A stretch of DNA of 64,000 nucleotides from Octopus vulgaris (Eukaryota). Location: positions 7,874,001 to 7,938,000 of the forward strand of contig OX597831.1 in NCBI GenBank assembly GCA_951406725.2, read 5' to 3'. The position numbers and the translations under genes are program-made. A model generated the notes under the pieces. It worked only from the letters and a program-made list of their open reading frames with translations. It ran no database searches and was not told the DNA's origin. Numbering within the stretch: position 1 is the first letter of the stretch; the number at the start of each line of letters is the position of its first letter. This document shows positions 1 through 11,778 of the stretch, piece by piece.

Positions 1-138
1 ATTTCATTTACTCTAATGTAATATTATATCATTTATCAGAATGGTTTGCTTCCATTATATTTCTCATCTAATGTTTCTATACAATTCTCTGCTGTTGTAG
101 CACAGTATTTATATTATTGATATTGGTGTTGGAGGAAC

Positions 139-320
139 AGGCGTGGCTGTGTGGTAAGAAGCTTGCTTCTCAACCGCATGGTTCCAGGTTCAGTTCCACT
201 GTGCTGTCTTCTACTATTGCTCCAGGTCGACTTGTGAATGGATTTGGTTGAAGGAAACTCTTATATGTGTGTGTGTGGTCATTTAAGAATCTGTTATGTG
301 TGTGTGTGGTCATTTAAAAT
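139..320 (+). mobile_element. tRNA-derived CORE-type SINE (family C), partial
   Basis: Head gcgtggctgtgtggtaagaagcttgct...ggttccaggttcagttcc matches the full copy at 32173. Confidence 0.7.
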
Positions 321-364
321 TCTATAAGTCAGGAAATCGGTGCTTTTATATATTAGAGAATAGA

Positions 365-890
365 ATGTGTATATTAATCAATGTATGCAGTATTATAGAT
401 CCATTACCACCAGTCATACCAATCAGTTTCACACTGGGGATTAAAACCAGATTTTAAGGCAACAGCATGGTTAAGTAATACTGCATGCTCTTCAGAAATG
501 GCAGGTATGGATAGACTTTTATGATGATATTGTAGGATATCTGTGAGAGGCTGGAGCTGGCCAATTCCAACATATAAACAGGTAAAATATTTTTGGCCAG
601 CTATGGCTGGTCTAAATGCTAATGGGTTAAAGGTGATAGAAACAATATCATTGCAAAAATCATTTATTAGCACTTACTGTACATGAAATAGACAAAGTTA
701 ACATGGAAAAAGGATGAAAAAGAAGAAAAAACAACAAAAACCAATGATATTTACTATCTCTGAAGAGCATGTGGTGTTTCTTAACCATACTGTCAGCTAA
801 CATCCAGTTTTATTACCCAGTGCAAAACTGATTGAGATGATCGTCTGTAATGGATCTATAATACTGTATACTTTGAATGATATATGAATG
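365..890. mobile_element. Inverted pair of hammerhead-bearing PLE-like terminal repeats (arms ~365-505 and ~750-890)
   Basis: The arms are diverged reverse complements; each carries CTGAAGA-GCA...TG(C/T)-(G/A)AAAC. Confidence 0.65.
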
Positions 891-2934
891 TGTGAATGTC
901 TATAGGTTTGTGTCTCCTTGTTTTGGCATTGCATCGTTAATGTTAATGAATGTCATTCATTTTCCTTGAAAGTATGAAATTTTCCTCGGAAACATGTCTT
1001 GCCAAGTGGGTGAGAGGAAATTACCTTATTTGGAAACAGGTATGGGTTGGCTACGAGCAGAACATCAAGCTGTAGAAAATCTGCCTCAACAAATTTCATT
1101 TGACCTTTGCAAGCATGGAAAAGTGGAATTTAAAACGATGATGATGATGATGTTAGTGGTTGTGGTGGTGGGGCAGTGGTGTTTGTACTGTTGGCTTTAA
1201 ATTCCTCGTTGAACAAAACCTTTTTACAAGGAAGTGAAGATAAGCCATCAAAGGAGCCTCTGTATTGTCATTTGACCTTCTAAAAATAGCAGACAGATCA
1301 CCCTCAAATTGCACCTTATATTGGATGTAGTCCTTGATAAAAAAAAAGATGGGAAGGCCATGGCTGGATGGTCTTGGTCATATGTTTACTCAGTCAGGGT
1401 TGATCTAGGGATAAATAAACAAACTCCTGATATATGAAACAACAAAGATTGGTAGTTTGTTGTTGTGTGGTCAGATGACAAGGGGCTGTGATAAGAGGGG
1501 AGACATTGTCCGGGACAGATTCCTCCAACCCATCACCATGATGACGATGTCTACTTTTTGATGCTCGCAAGGTTCACAGGGAATTCATTGAGGTAGATTT
1601 TCTGCAGCTGGATGCCTTTCCTGTTGCCAACTCTAATCTCTTTCCAAGCAAAATGATGTTTCCCTATGGCCAGACATGTTTTTCATGGAAGACTGGAAAC
1701 AAACCACATTGCTTGTATGAAGGTGATGCTTGTTTACAATCAGTACTTGATGTCACGACAAACAAACAAGCAAACATACACGTATGCATAAATATAAACA
1801 TGGATGATGGGATTCTTTTAGTTTCCATCTACCAAATCCACTCTCAAAGCATAGTTGCCATAGAGTAGGATCGAACCCTGAGCCATGTGGTTGGGAGGCA
1901 GCACCTTATAGCCTCACCTGTATATAGCATTTATGATATGTTTACAAATGTGGAACAGCACTAATGGCAATATTTTGTTTGAGAGAAACTTCTCAAAGAG
2001 ATTTGATTGAGAAAGACTTCAGTGCATCTGTAGAAACTGTTATGAAAACAGCCAAGAAGATCCGAAATGTGTAAAGGGGGAGATTTGAGGCCCTGGTTTT
2101 GACAAAATATATGCAACCTGATATTTCTAAATTACCAAATCTCATCAAACACAGTCATTAGTTATTTTTCAAATAATTAAACTTTGTTTTTGGCAATTTA
2201 ATGATTTGTTGAATATTTTGAATTGTTTTACATTTTCAAATTTTATTTTAAAGGGAGCCAAATTCTGATATATGTGTTTTATTTGTTAATTCTCATAATT
2301 AAACTAAAATTATTTTATTTAAAATTTGAATTACAATGTTGCTTTTTGTTCTAAATTTTTTCCAGTTATTTGCACAAATAATATAAATCAAAATATATTT
2401 TCATTGTAAAATTCTTCACTGTTTTTTGTAGAAGTTTCCATAAAAATTTAATATAGTCAGCAATAATCCATACAAATTTCTTTATAAAAGGTAAAACAAA
2501 AAGCCATCTGCTGGATTAGATACTATAAGACAATATGACTAATAAATGACTCAGCAAAATTTGGTTCTACTTGATGAAAATAATCTGATGTCCTTTGGGA
2601 CATATTGTTCTTCAGAATATGGGCAAGAGTAGGGTTGTGTAATGCTATTTGGTAAAAAGGGTGGAGTACAACAAAAGGTTGAGGAATCCCTAGTGTGGAG
2701 GCTACTTCATTGGATCATAAGTATGTTGATACTTTTAGCATTTAATCGTAGATCATCTCTGACTGAGCAGACACTGGATCAAAAGGATATCCTGGCCCTG
2801 ATTACCACTCCCTTGTGTTATTCAATTAGTGTATCCAGGACAACACTTCCTAATGTGTCCTTCCATTTTAGGGAGATTTGGCCACCATTTCTAGCAGGAT
2901 GTCTGATCACATAGGGGTTCTCTCATTGACTTGT

Positions 2935-3010
2935 ACCTTCAGACATTGACCTTCAGACAACAAGATCTCTGTGAAATTGTATGACAAATCTGACGCTATA
3001 AATTTTACAT
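2935..3010 (+). pseudogene. Possible Penelope-like reverse transcriptase remnant (DNKISVKLYDKSDAINF)
   Basis: Resembles the KLYDKRDDFNF motif of PLE RTs; short and frameshifted. Confidence 0.4.
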
Positions 3011-3819
3011 ACAGTTTATTCAACAGGCTTCCATTCAGTCTCCCTGTATTCAGTAGGCTTGAGTTGACCCAACTTTAGTGAGAGCAATGTACACCTCATT
3101 ATTTGAAAACATTGCAGGGATCTTCAGATGTTGCGCCTCACAAAGGGGATGACCAGGAATCGAGATTCCTGGCAGTTTTCTGTGCTTGAGAAGACAAATC
3201 AAGCTAAGTAAAATCGTGGTTGTCTTTCCATATCGCCCTGTCCCCTGCATCCTTCACCAGCTGGCCATTCCTAATCTTGCGGGTTTGTGGGGGCTGGTGC
3301 CCCACATAAATAGCATCTGTACCAGTGCTGTGTAAAATCACCCATGCCAGTGGTGCGTAAAGGCAGCCAGCACATTCTCTGTAAAGTGGTTGGTGTCAGG
3401 AAGGGCATCCAGCCATAGAAACCATGTCAAAATGGACATGGGGCTTGGTCAGCTCTGGTCAAACCCATACCAGCATGGAAAATGGACATTAAATGATGAT
3501 GATGATGATGACGACGATGACTATAGTAAGGAGATAAAGGCCACATTTGGGAAGCTTTGCTCTGCAGATCAGATAGGAAAGGGATGCCACCTTAGAAGGA
3601 ATGGAAGATCTGTATTGGATGGTTGCTGGTTGATATGGGAAATCGAAAGAAATGTCCAGTGATTTTTACCTGTTTTATGAAAGTGACGGAAGCAGATTGC
3701 TTTAAAATGACCATAACAAATGAATGGGTCGACTGTCTTTCTGAAATGATGAAAGGGAAGGAACTGGGGTGGCCAAATGGCACCGGACAGTCTGGAAGAT
3801 TTGTGTGGTGGGTGGGGGG

Positions 3820-4110
3820 AGGGGGGACAAAGAGGGAAAGGAAGAAGACAAGAAAGAAAACGTGAGAAAAAGTAAGAGAGAAAGACAGACAGAAAAAGAG
3901 AAAAATGTAAGAAAAAGTGAGAGAGAGAAAGTGAAAGTGAAAGAGATAGAAAAGAGAGAAGGATAGAAGGAAAGGGAAATTGAGAGAGGAAGAGAGAAGT
4001 AAGAAAGACTAAAGAAGCAAAGGAGAGAAGGAAGGAAAAGAGAGAGAAAGAGAGTATGAAGATATAAAAAGAAGGAAAGGTTGACATAGAGAGTGAGAGA
4101 GAGAGAGAGT
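3820..4110. repeat. GA-rich low-complexity tract
   Basis: Purine-rich (GA)n/GAAA-type sequence; source of spurious ORFs. Confidence 0.9.
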
Positions 4111-4466
4111 TCTGGAGGCAGATGAGTGGCTGGCAGAGATTGATTGATGAGATTTCCTCTCTTTTTTTTTTGAATGAAGTAAATCATGGAAGGTAAAAAA
4201 AAAAAAAAATGGAAAAACCTGATATATTTTTGTAAGTTTTCTGAACAGGTATTTATGAATCTGAATTCATTTTCCTTCTTTCTTTTTGTTGTAAGTTACT
4301 TTTTTTTTTTTTAATAGGAAATTTCTTCGTTTCAACAATGGTAGCTTAATAAGTTAACTAAAATGTTTTTAACGAAGGTTTTGGGAAATGAAAACGGGGA
4401 GATAGGAGAGACATGGAGACACAGAAAATACTGTTGTGGTATTTGCACATGTGTATATGAGTGTGT

Positions 4467-4507
<41 letters not shown>

Positions 4508-4632
4508 CACATGCACACAAAGAGAGAGAGAGTGAGAAGCAGAGAGAGAGGAAATGAGAAATGGATGTTATGAGCCAAAGCAAAAGTTGTGTACAGCAGA
4601 TTTCAAAGTCCTTGTTATAAGAAAGGTTCAAG

Positions 4633-4855
4633 GTCGCAAGTTGGCAGACTTGTTTGCATGTTGGGAAAAACTGCTTGGCAGCATTTCTTTCAAGAAAATG
4701 TTCTGAGTTCAAATTCTACCAAAGTCAATGACTTTGCCTTTAGTCCTTTTGGGGGTTGATAAACTTAGTTCCAGTCAAGTACTGGGGGGGGGGTCGATGT
4801 AATCAACTTACCTCCTCCCCTGAAATTGCTGGCCTTGTGCCAAAATTTGAAACCT
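4633..4855 (+). mobile_element. SINE family B, diverged
   Basis: ttctgagttcaaatt...actttgcctt...gggtcgatgtaatcaactta matches the copy at 46946. Confidence 0.75.
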
Positions 4856-5087
4856 TTATTATCTGAAAGTCTTACACCCATAAATAAACATTTTCTTATA
4901 TTATGTATATACATATGAGCCAACCAATAAATTCCGAGTGTAGATGAAAACTGCAGGAAGCCTGTCATTATATGTATGTTTGTTTGTTTGCCTGTCCTGT
5001 TCATAAAGTCAAATGCATAATGTGTGTACCTATAAATGTGTGTGTGTATATATACATATATATATATAAATATTTGTTTAAATTAAA

Positions 5088-5623
5088 GTGAGAGATGGAA
5101 TGTAGAAAACAAGAGAATCTTTATTGGTCATTACAATTGTTTGGACTCATCTAGCATCGATCCCTTGTGGATGGGATTCTGAACATCTGGTTTAGGTGTA
5201 TCCCTCAGTGTAGATGTGTCTCCTCAGGTTATTTGAATACGTATCTCCTTAAAATTTCTGTTTCACATGATTTCTTCTTGCCCTTCATACATACAAATGG
5301 CAAATTAATATCTAATACGTTTTTTCACTTTGTTGTGTATTTGTTTCTTTTTGTATCTGCTCTTTGTTATTGATCTTCTATAAGAATGAAGCAGTATCCC
5401 TTAATTTGCCATTTCTAACTTTGAAGACAAAGAAAAAAACATTCAGTAACAAGTTGTATGAAACCGAGTTTATTTTAATGAGAATACCTCTTGAAATACC
5501 TGTGGAGAAACATCTACACCTAAACCAGTTGTGCAGAAACCCAACCATTGAGGGATGCTAAGATGGGTTGAAACAGTTGTAGTGATCAATGAAGATTCTT
5601 GTATTTTGCATATTCCATCTCAC
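5088..5623. mobile_element. Inverted-repeat element (~150-bp arms 5088-5240 and 5488-5623) with decayed hammerhead 3' halves
   Basis: The arms are reverse complements; GAAAC-AGTT-GTA-GTG at 5570-5584 and its mirror at 5129-5144. Confidence 0.65.
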
Positions 5624-5999
5624 ATTAATCAAATACTCAATGAACACTGGCACAGTGTATGTGATTTACTGGCAAACTATCAGATCTATACCATGTGATT
5701 TGTTAGCTAATAATATAAGCGTATATATGATCAAGCAGATTCCAATTTCTGTGTGTATGCGTGTCTATGGATATAATTTTGAAATGTCTACAGAAAAATG
5801 ATCTTACATAACTATTCAAAATGTGTGTATTAAATGCATTCAAAATATCATCTTTTGGTTTTGTGATTCTTGTTTGTGTGTGTGTGTGTGTGTGTGTGTT
5901 GATAAAATTAAATGTTATATTGTCACAAGGTGGTGCATGTTGACACATGAAAGATTTAATTTTATCAAGATATTCTTGGCCAGAAGAGTAGTCAGTGGT

Positions 6000-6300
6000 A
6001 TCATCATCATCATTTAACGTCCGTTTCCCATGCTAGCATGGGTTGGACGGTTCAACTGGGGTCTGGGAAGCCAGGAGGCTGCACCAGGCCCAGTCTGATC
6101 TGGCAGTGTTTCTACGGCTGGATGCCCTTCCTAACGCCAACCACTCTGAGAGTGTAGTGGGTGCTTTTTATGTGCCACCTGCACAGGTGCCAGACGAGGT
6201 TGGCAAACGGCCACGATCGGCAAACGGCCACGATCGGCAAACGGCCACGATCGGCAAACGGCCACGATCGGCAAACGGCCACGATCGGCAAACGGCCACA
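6000..6300 (-). mobile_element. SINE family A (RTE-type 3' tail ending in (ATG)n), 5'-truncated
   Basis: Reverse complement of gtggttggcgttaggaagggcatccag...ccaacccatgctagcatgg...gttaaatgatgatg. Confidence 0.85.
6202..6299. repeat. Perfect 17-bp tandem repeat GGCAAACGGCCACGATC, 5 full copies plus 13 bp
   Basis: Direct reading. Confidence 0.95.
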
Positions 6301-6731
6301 AAATGCATATATATATATATACACACATACGCACACAGAGTGCGCTAATTGTATTGAATACAATTATAATTAAGGGCATGGAAGCTACCATGCCTATATG
6401 CTAGAAGTAGATGCCAAATACATCCAGCCACTCTAAGTTTCACTTCAATATACATAGATTGAAAGCAGGAAAAGTGGACCAACCCAAAATTCATAAAATA
6501 ATTCAGATAGTTCTGGATTGATCAATTACTGAATTAGTTTAATAACTGTTCCTTCATCAGCAGAACATAATGGGCGAAATAAATGAAAATGTTTATACAT
6601 ACTCACAGAAAAGCATATGCAAAATGCGAGTTCATACAAATATTCACAAATATATATATACATCGAATTTCACAGGCCATATATATATATATGTATGTGT
6701 GTGTATATGTATGTATGTATGTATGTGTGTG

Positions 6732-6811
<80 letters not shown>

Positions 6812-6936
6812 GAGGGTACTACTATTCGTAGATACCATGAATATTTTCAAAGAGGAAGAATTTACGGATTTTTTCTCTTACGAGGTTTTTCACGCTGACT
6901 ACTGATAATTTCTTTTAAAGATTTTATCCTCAATTG

Positions 6937-6991
<55 letters not shown>

Positions 6992-7194
6992 TGTTTGTCT
7001 ACTCATTAGGCAAAGTTTGCATAATACACCTTAGAACCATCATAGCATCTGATGTGGCTTTTTAAACCAGACAACATTTTGAAAAGGTACCCACATAGAT
7101 TGCATATCCAATTTCAACCAAGAGCTACAGATAAGTTCTGATCTTTGTGAATCTTAAAATGTCTTTTGAGGTCTCCATTAGATTTGCAAACCTT

Positions 7195-7490
7195 CTGGCA
7201 TACACTGCATTCAAAGTCACTTAGGAAAAGATCTGTGGCCCTAAATATGGACATTTTGTGCCGTCCTCCTTATTCTCCTGACCTTTCTTTGTTTGACCAT
7301 CAATCTATTGAGATCATTGCAACATTATTTAGAGGAGAAAATATTTATTAATTGTGAAAAGGTTAAAAATCATGCTGAATGTTTCTTTGCTTTGAAATCT
7401 GAAGAATTTTATGCCTGAGGGATCAACAATTTTCCAGATATACTAGGATTATGTTATCAATAATTAGAGGAAATATTACCTTGATTAAAT
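7195..7490 (+). pseudogene. Mariner (DD34D-type) transposase C-terminal remnant
   Basis: DILCRPPYSPDLS.FD..., LRSLQHYL, FFALKSEEFY.GI; contains stops and frameshifts. Confidence 0.85.
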
Positions 7491-8359
7491 ATATCAATTA
7501 AGACCAAAGAAGCATTTGTTTTGTTTCCCATCTTGAAATATAAGATTTGCGTTCCAATTTAACACACACACACACATACATGCTCACACATATGTATGTA
7601 TATATTTATTTACATATTTATATACATTATATATACACAAACACACAAATGCATACAAGCATGTACATATACACCAAGTGAAATGCATGCACAAAGAGAT
7701 AAGAAACATGTTAACAAAAACCTAACAGAGGCCTTGAAGCTGGCTGAGATGAATGAAAATCTTTGCTAATGATCATTTTGTAAAGGTAATAAATCGAAAA
7801 AACCTCCTCATACTCTGGTGATTACTTTGGTGAACTTGGGCAAGTTTTCAAATCAAATTATGTGTTGCTTAATGTTAAAACATTTTTGAAAAACAAATAT
7901 TGGAAGCAGACGAGTGAATTAGATTTTTTGACAGCTTAATTCTGTGTAATCAATACTGGCTACTTAATTTCATTTACCTTGGCTACTCTTATTGTGGAAT
8001 TCAATTTGTGTATCTAACGTTCGCCTCTTCTCTTTATCTGATTCTGTTGTTTCTCAAGAAAACATCACTTGATGCATTTTATTTTGAAATGCTTTCTCTT
8101 CGCTCCCCCTCCTCTCCAATTCTGACTTTTATTTGACTTTCTGTCATTTGTCTTTTACAAAAATCAGCAAATTACAAATTTCAAATAATGAGAGAAAAAA
8201 ATGTGTCACTTTCTGTAATTTTGGAATTTTTTTCTCTAATATTTTTAATGAGTAAGAAACTTGATAATCTAAGTGAAAAACTTGTTTCTTACCTTCAGAA
8301 TTTGAATGGAAACATTGTATGTTAAGAATATTAATAAGGAACTTATATTTTCTCTTCAG

Positions 8360-8501
8360 AAGCAGCTGTAAGGCGTCGCCTGGGATTACTTAAACTTCAC
8401 AGCATGAGCCATGTCTTTAAAGAACTCAAGAGATCAGCTGAAGATACTTATAAACCTATAAAAGATTGGATAGGGTCTCGATTTCTGACACAAATAAAAA
8501 G
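8360..8501 (+). CDS. SPEF2: SPEF2 exon: (E)AAVRRRLGLLKLHSMSHVFKELKRSAEDTYKPIKDWIGSRFLTQIK
   Basis: ttctcttcag acceptor, AG|gtaagc donor; resembles SPEF2 FRLELIK...WLGERYL segment. Confidence 0.88.
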
Positions 8502-11500
8502 GTAAGCCGTTTCATTTGTTCAAAAATATTTTCCTGATTTTCTATTCTTATGTTCTCATTTTGTGATTTTCTGTTTAAAATGTTACCCCCATATGAGATG
8601 CAGTTAAAAAAAATAATTGACTGAGAGCTAATTATTACTAAATTTTTAAAAAAATACTTTATTCTAGTATTGACCAAATGGCAGGATTGATGAAGAATGC
8701 AATTGAAAATGGTGATAAACTTGAGAAAGAACTTATACTCGATAATGGAGACTTTTATATCGATGAAGTAAGTTAAATTGTTATTATATTCATCAACCTC
8801 AACATTTAATGTCCATTTTCCATGCTGACATGGGTTGAATGGTTTGACATGGAACCGGTCGGCTGAGAGCTACCTGGGTCCCAGTTTTCTGTTTTGGCAA
8901 GGTTTCTATGACTGGATGCTTTTCATAATGTTAACCACTCTACAGAAGGTAATAAGTGCTTTTAAGCAGCACCAGCAAGTGGGGGTGCAATGGTCCAGTG
9001 GTTAGGGCAGTGGACTTGCGGTCGGAAGATCGCGATTTAAATTCCCAGACCGGGCGTTGTGTGTGTTTATTAAGCGAAAGCACCTAAAGCTCCACGAGGC
9101 TCCGGCAGGGGTGGTGGCGGCCCCTATTGTACTCTTTCGCTCCAACTCTCTCTCACTCTTTCTTCCTGTTTCTTGTCCCCGACTTCCTACGCAACCGCTG
9201 AGCCTGGATGTGCATTCATCCATCTGTCGATGCTCTCGGTCTCGGGGGTTTACCTGCTTTCTCTTCTGCGGGTCTTACGAATAGCAAAGGACGACGTTTC
9301 GGACTTCTCCCATCTTGCGAGCTCTGGGACGAAGACCGTTCACTCAACAGCAACAGCAGCACATGTGCTTTTATGTGGTACCAGCGCCTATGGGCCCACA
9401 AAATTGGGATCAGACAGCTAAAGAGGGATCCAGGAGACATGCTTGTATGCAAGGACAACCACCATTTTACTCAGCTCGATGTGTCTTCTCAAGAAGTCAC
9501 CAGAAGTCTTGGTTCCTTGTCATCTCTTCGGTGAGGCCCAACATTTGAAGATCCTTTCTCACCACTTTGTCCCACGTCCTTCTGGGTCTACTCCTTCAAC
9601 ACATTGCCTCCACCATTAGAGACTGGCATTTCTAGTCTTCTTTGAAGAATATGCCTGGCCTTGGAGAAATATTCCCTTGCTTGCAAACAGGTGAGGGTTG
9701 GGGCCAGGAAAAGCATTCAGTCATAGAAAGTCTACCTGACATTCTCAAGCATGGAAAAGTGGACATTAAATAATAATGATGATGATGATGATGATGATGA
9801 CAACGACCATCATCATCATCATCACTATATTGTATTTTCTTCAATGTCCAAGGAATCTATATAATAATCTACTTGTTTGTTCACTCATTATATATTAGTT
9901 AGTTAGAGAGGTGGAGGTGGAAGGCAGGGGGAGCTGGCAGAAACGTTAGCACGCCGGGCAAAATGCTTAGTGATATTTCATCTGTCTTTGGGTTCTGAGT
10001 CCAAATTCCACCAAGGTCGACTTTGCCTTTCTTCATTTTGGCGGGGTTGATAAATTAAATACCAGTTGTGTACTAGGGTTGATCTAATTGACTGGTCCCC
10101 TCCCCCAAAATTTTTGGGCCTTGTATCTAGAGTAGAAAAGAGAGAGAGAGAGAGGACGAGTGAAGAAAGAAGAGAGGAAGAAGTAGAGAAAGGTGATAAA
10201 TATTAAAACACTTGGACCAAATGGCCACATGACCAGCTGAAGGTGGAGGTGAAGAAGAAGAGAAAAAGAGGAGAGAGAAGTGTTAAGGAGATGCAGTGGG
10301 GTGGGGGGAAGCAGTACTTATTAACATGGTTAAAAAGTTAGCTGAAGGGAAAGATAGAGAGAGAGAGAGGGACAAGGGAGGCAGTGGTATTGAGAGAGAG
10401 AGAGAGGCAGGTAGCGGTGGTGGTTGTGGTGGTGTGTTGATAGTGAAAAGTTTTTTTTTTTTTATAGTGACCATCACTATAAAAATGCAATTATTTATTT
10501 TCTGCTCATTAAAAAAAATTGATATTTGTTTATAAAGGTTAATTTAGCTTAAACTCGGGATTCACGAGAAACCCAATTGCAAGCTGCCCGAGGAAGGATG
10601 TGCAGATATAGAGCAGGGATCAGAGAGGAACAGCAAGAAGATATAATAAAAAGAGGGAAAAAACAACACTGAGGAATTACAACCGTGTTTCGTGGTCTGC
10701 TACCACAACAGCTCCTTTATAGGATCCAGTTAGCTCAAGACATCATCAGGAGGAACCACGTCCGGTTTTGGCCCCTACTCCTCTACCGTTTTGACGTGGC
10801 GGGGCCCCCCTTTCGGAGGTGTCTTCAGCTCTGGTGTTAGGTGCATGTCTTCTTTCTTCTCTTCCCTGGCCTCTTCGATGTATCGTCAGCGAGTGTCAGC
10901 CGGTGACTGACTGACTTGTCAAATTTTTCCCTTTAAATACCTGCCACTAGGCTCCAGCAGGCAGCCCCAGCAAGTTGTCACGTGACACTGTCTCACCTTA
11001 ACTGACTAGTGAAGGCGCGTAGTTTTAGCCCGCACTTTTTCTAAACGACCGTCACCTGTCAGTCAGTGAAGCTGATTCAGTCAGCTAGTCTCACCTAATG
11101 ATGTTATTTCCCGTCAGCGTGTTTATGACTTTCAAGCCATTTTCAGTCTTCCCGCTTCAGCCATATATAGAAGCTGGCTTTTTCGACCGCCTCCTGTACT
11201 CTCCTTATTAGTTTACGCAGCTCGGGGCTAGAAAAAACAAATCTTCTTTTGAATAGCATTGTCATTTTCTTTTCAATGAAGCCTCTAGCCCCCACTGCCA
11301 GGAGACGGGAGGAAATGAATGTAGACAAACGTGGAGAATATTTAATAAAAGGCTAAACTATGAAGGCTATGGAAATGCAAATCATCTTTTCTTTCTCAAA
11401 CAGGTCCTGTTAATTTTTTTGCATTCCATAGAATTTCCATGAGTCCTGCTAGTATTATATAACTTCCTTATAGGTTTCTCTATTGTGAAATAATAAATGA

Positions 11501-11738
11501 TAATTGGATCATTATTGATTATTGCCAGGAATATCTGACACTGAAGCAGACCACTCCAGCGCCAACCCCAGAATTTACAGAATACCATAACAATCAAATG
11601 ACGTGTGTTCAATTATCAGCATTCTTGACACAGGTGAGTCCAGGTGGAGTGTTTGTCTCATGTCTCGAGACGAATTTTCCTTTTTCTTTTTAATTATATC
11701 TTTAGATTTTTCATGAGAACGGTTTACAGGATGAGGGG

Positions 11739-11778
<40 letters not shown>

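Noticed and set aside
1965-2075. Possible upstream SPEF2 exon (RETSQRDLIEKDFSASVETVMKTAKKIRN)
   Set aside because: No convincing acceptor or donor and no similarity to the expected SPEF2 segment
3569-4187. Long hydrophobic ORFs resembling membrane proteins (also 59677-60199, 45926-46493)
   Set aside because: Translations of (GA)n, (TC)n and (TA)n repeats
6202-6299. CRISPR-like repeat array
   Set aside because: No spacers, eukaryotic context, and it lies inside a SINE
6525-6566. Minus-strand CTGATGAAGG hammerhead start
   Set aside because: No pairing helix II or GAAA at a suitable position
8981-9055. tRNA gene (also SINE heads at 23438, 32173, 35100 and 46946)
   Set aside because: The tRNA-like heads continue into multi-copy SINE bodies and lack a complete cloverleaf and terminator
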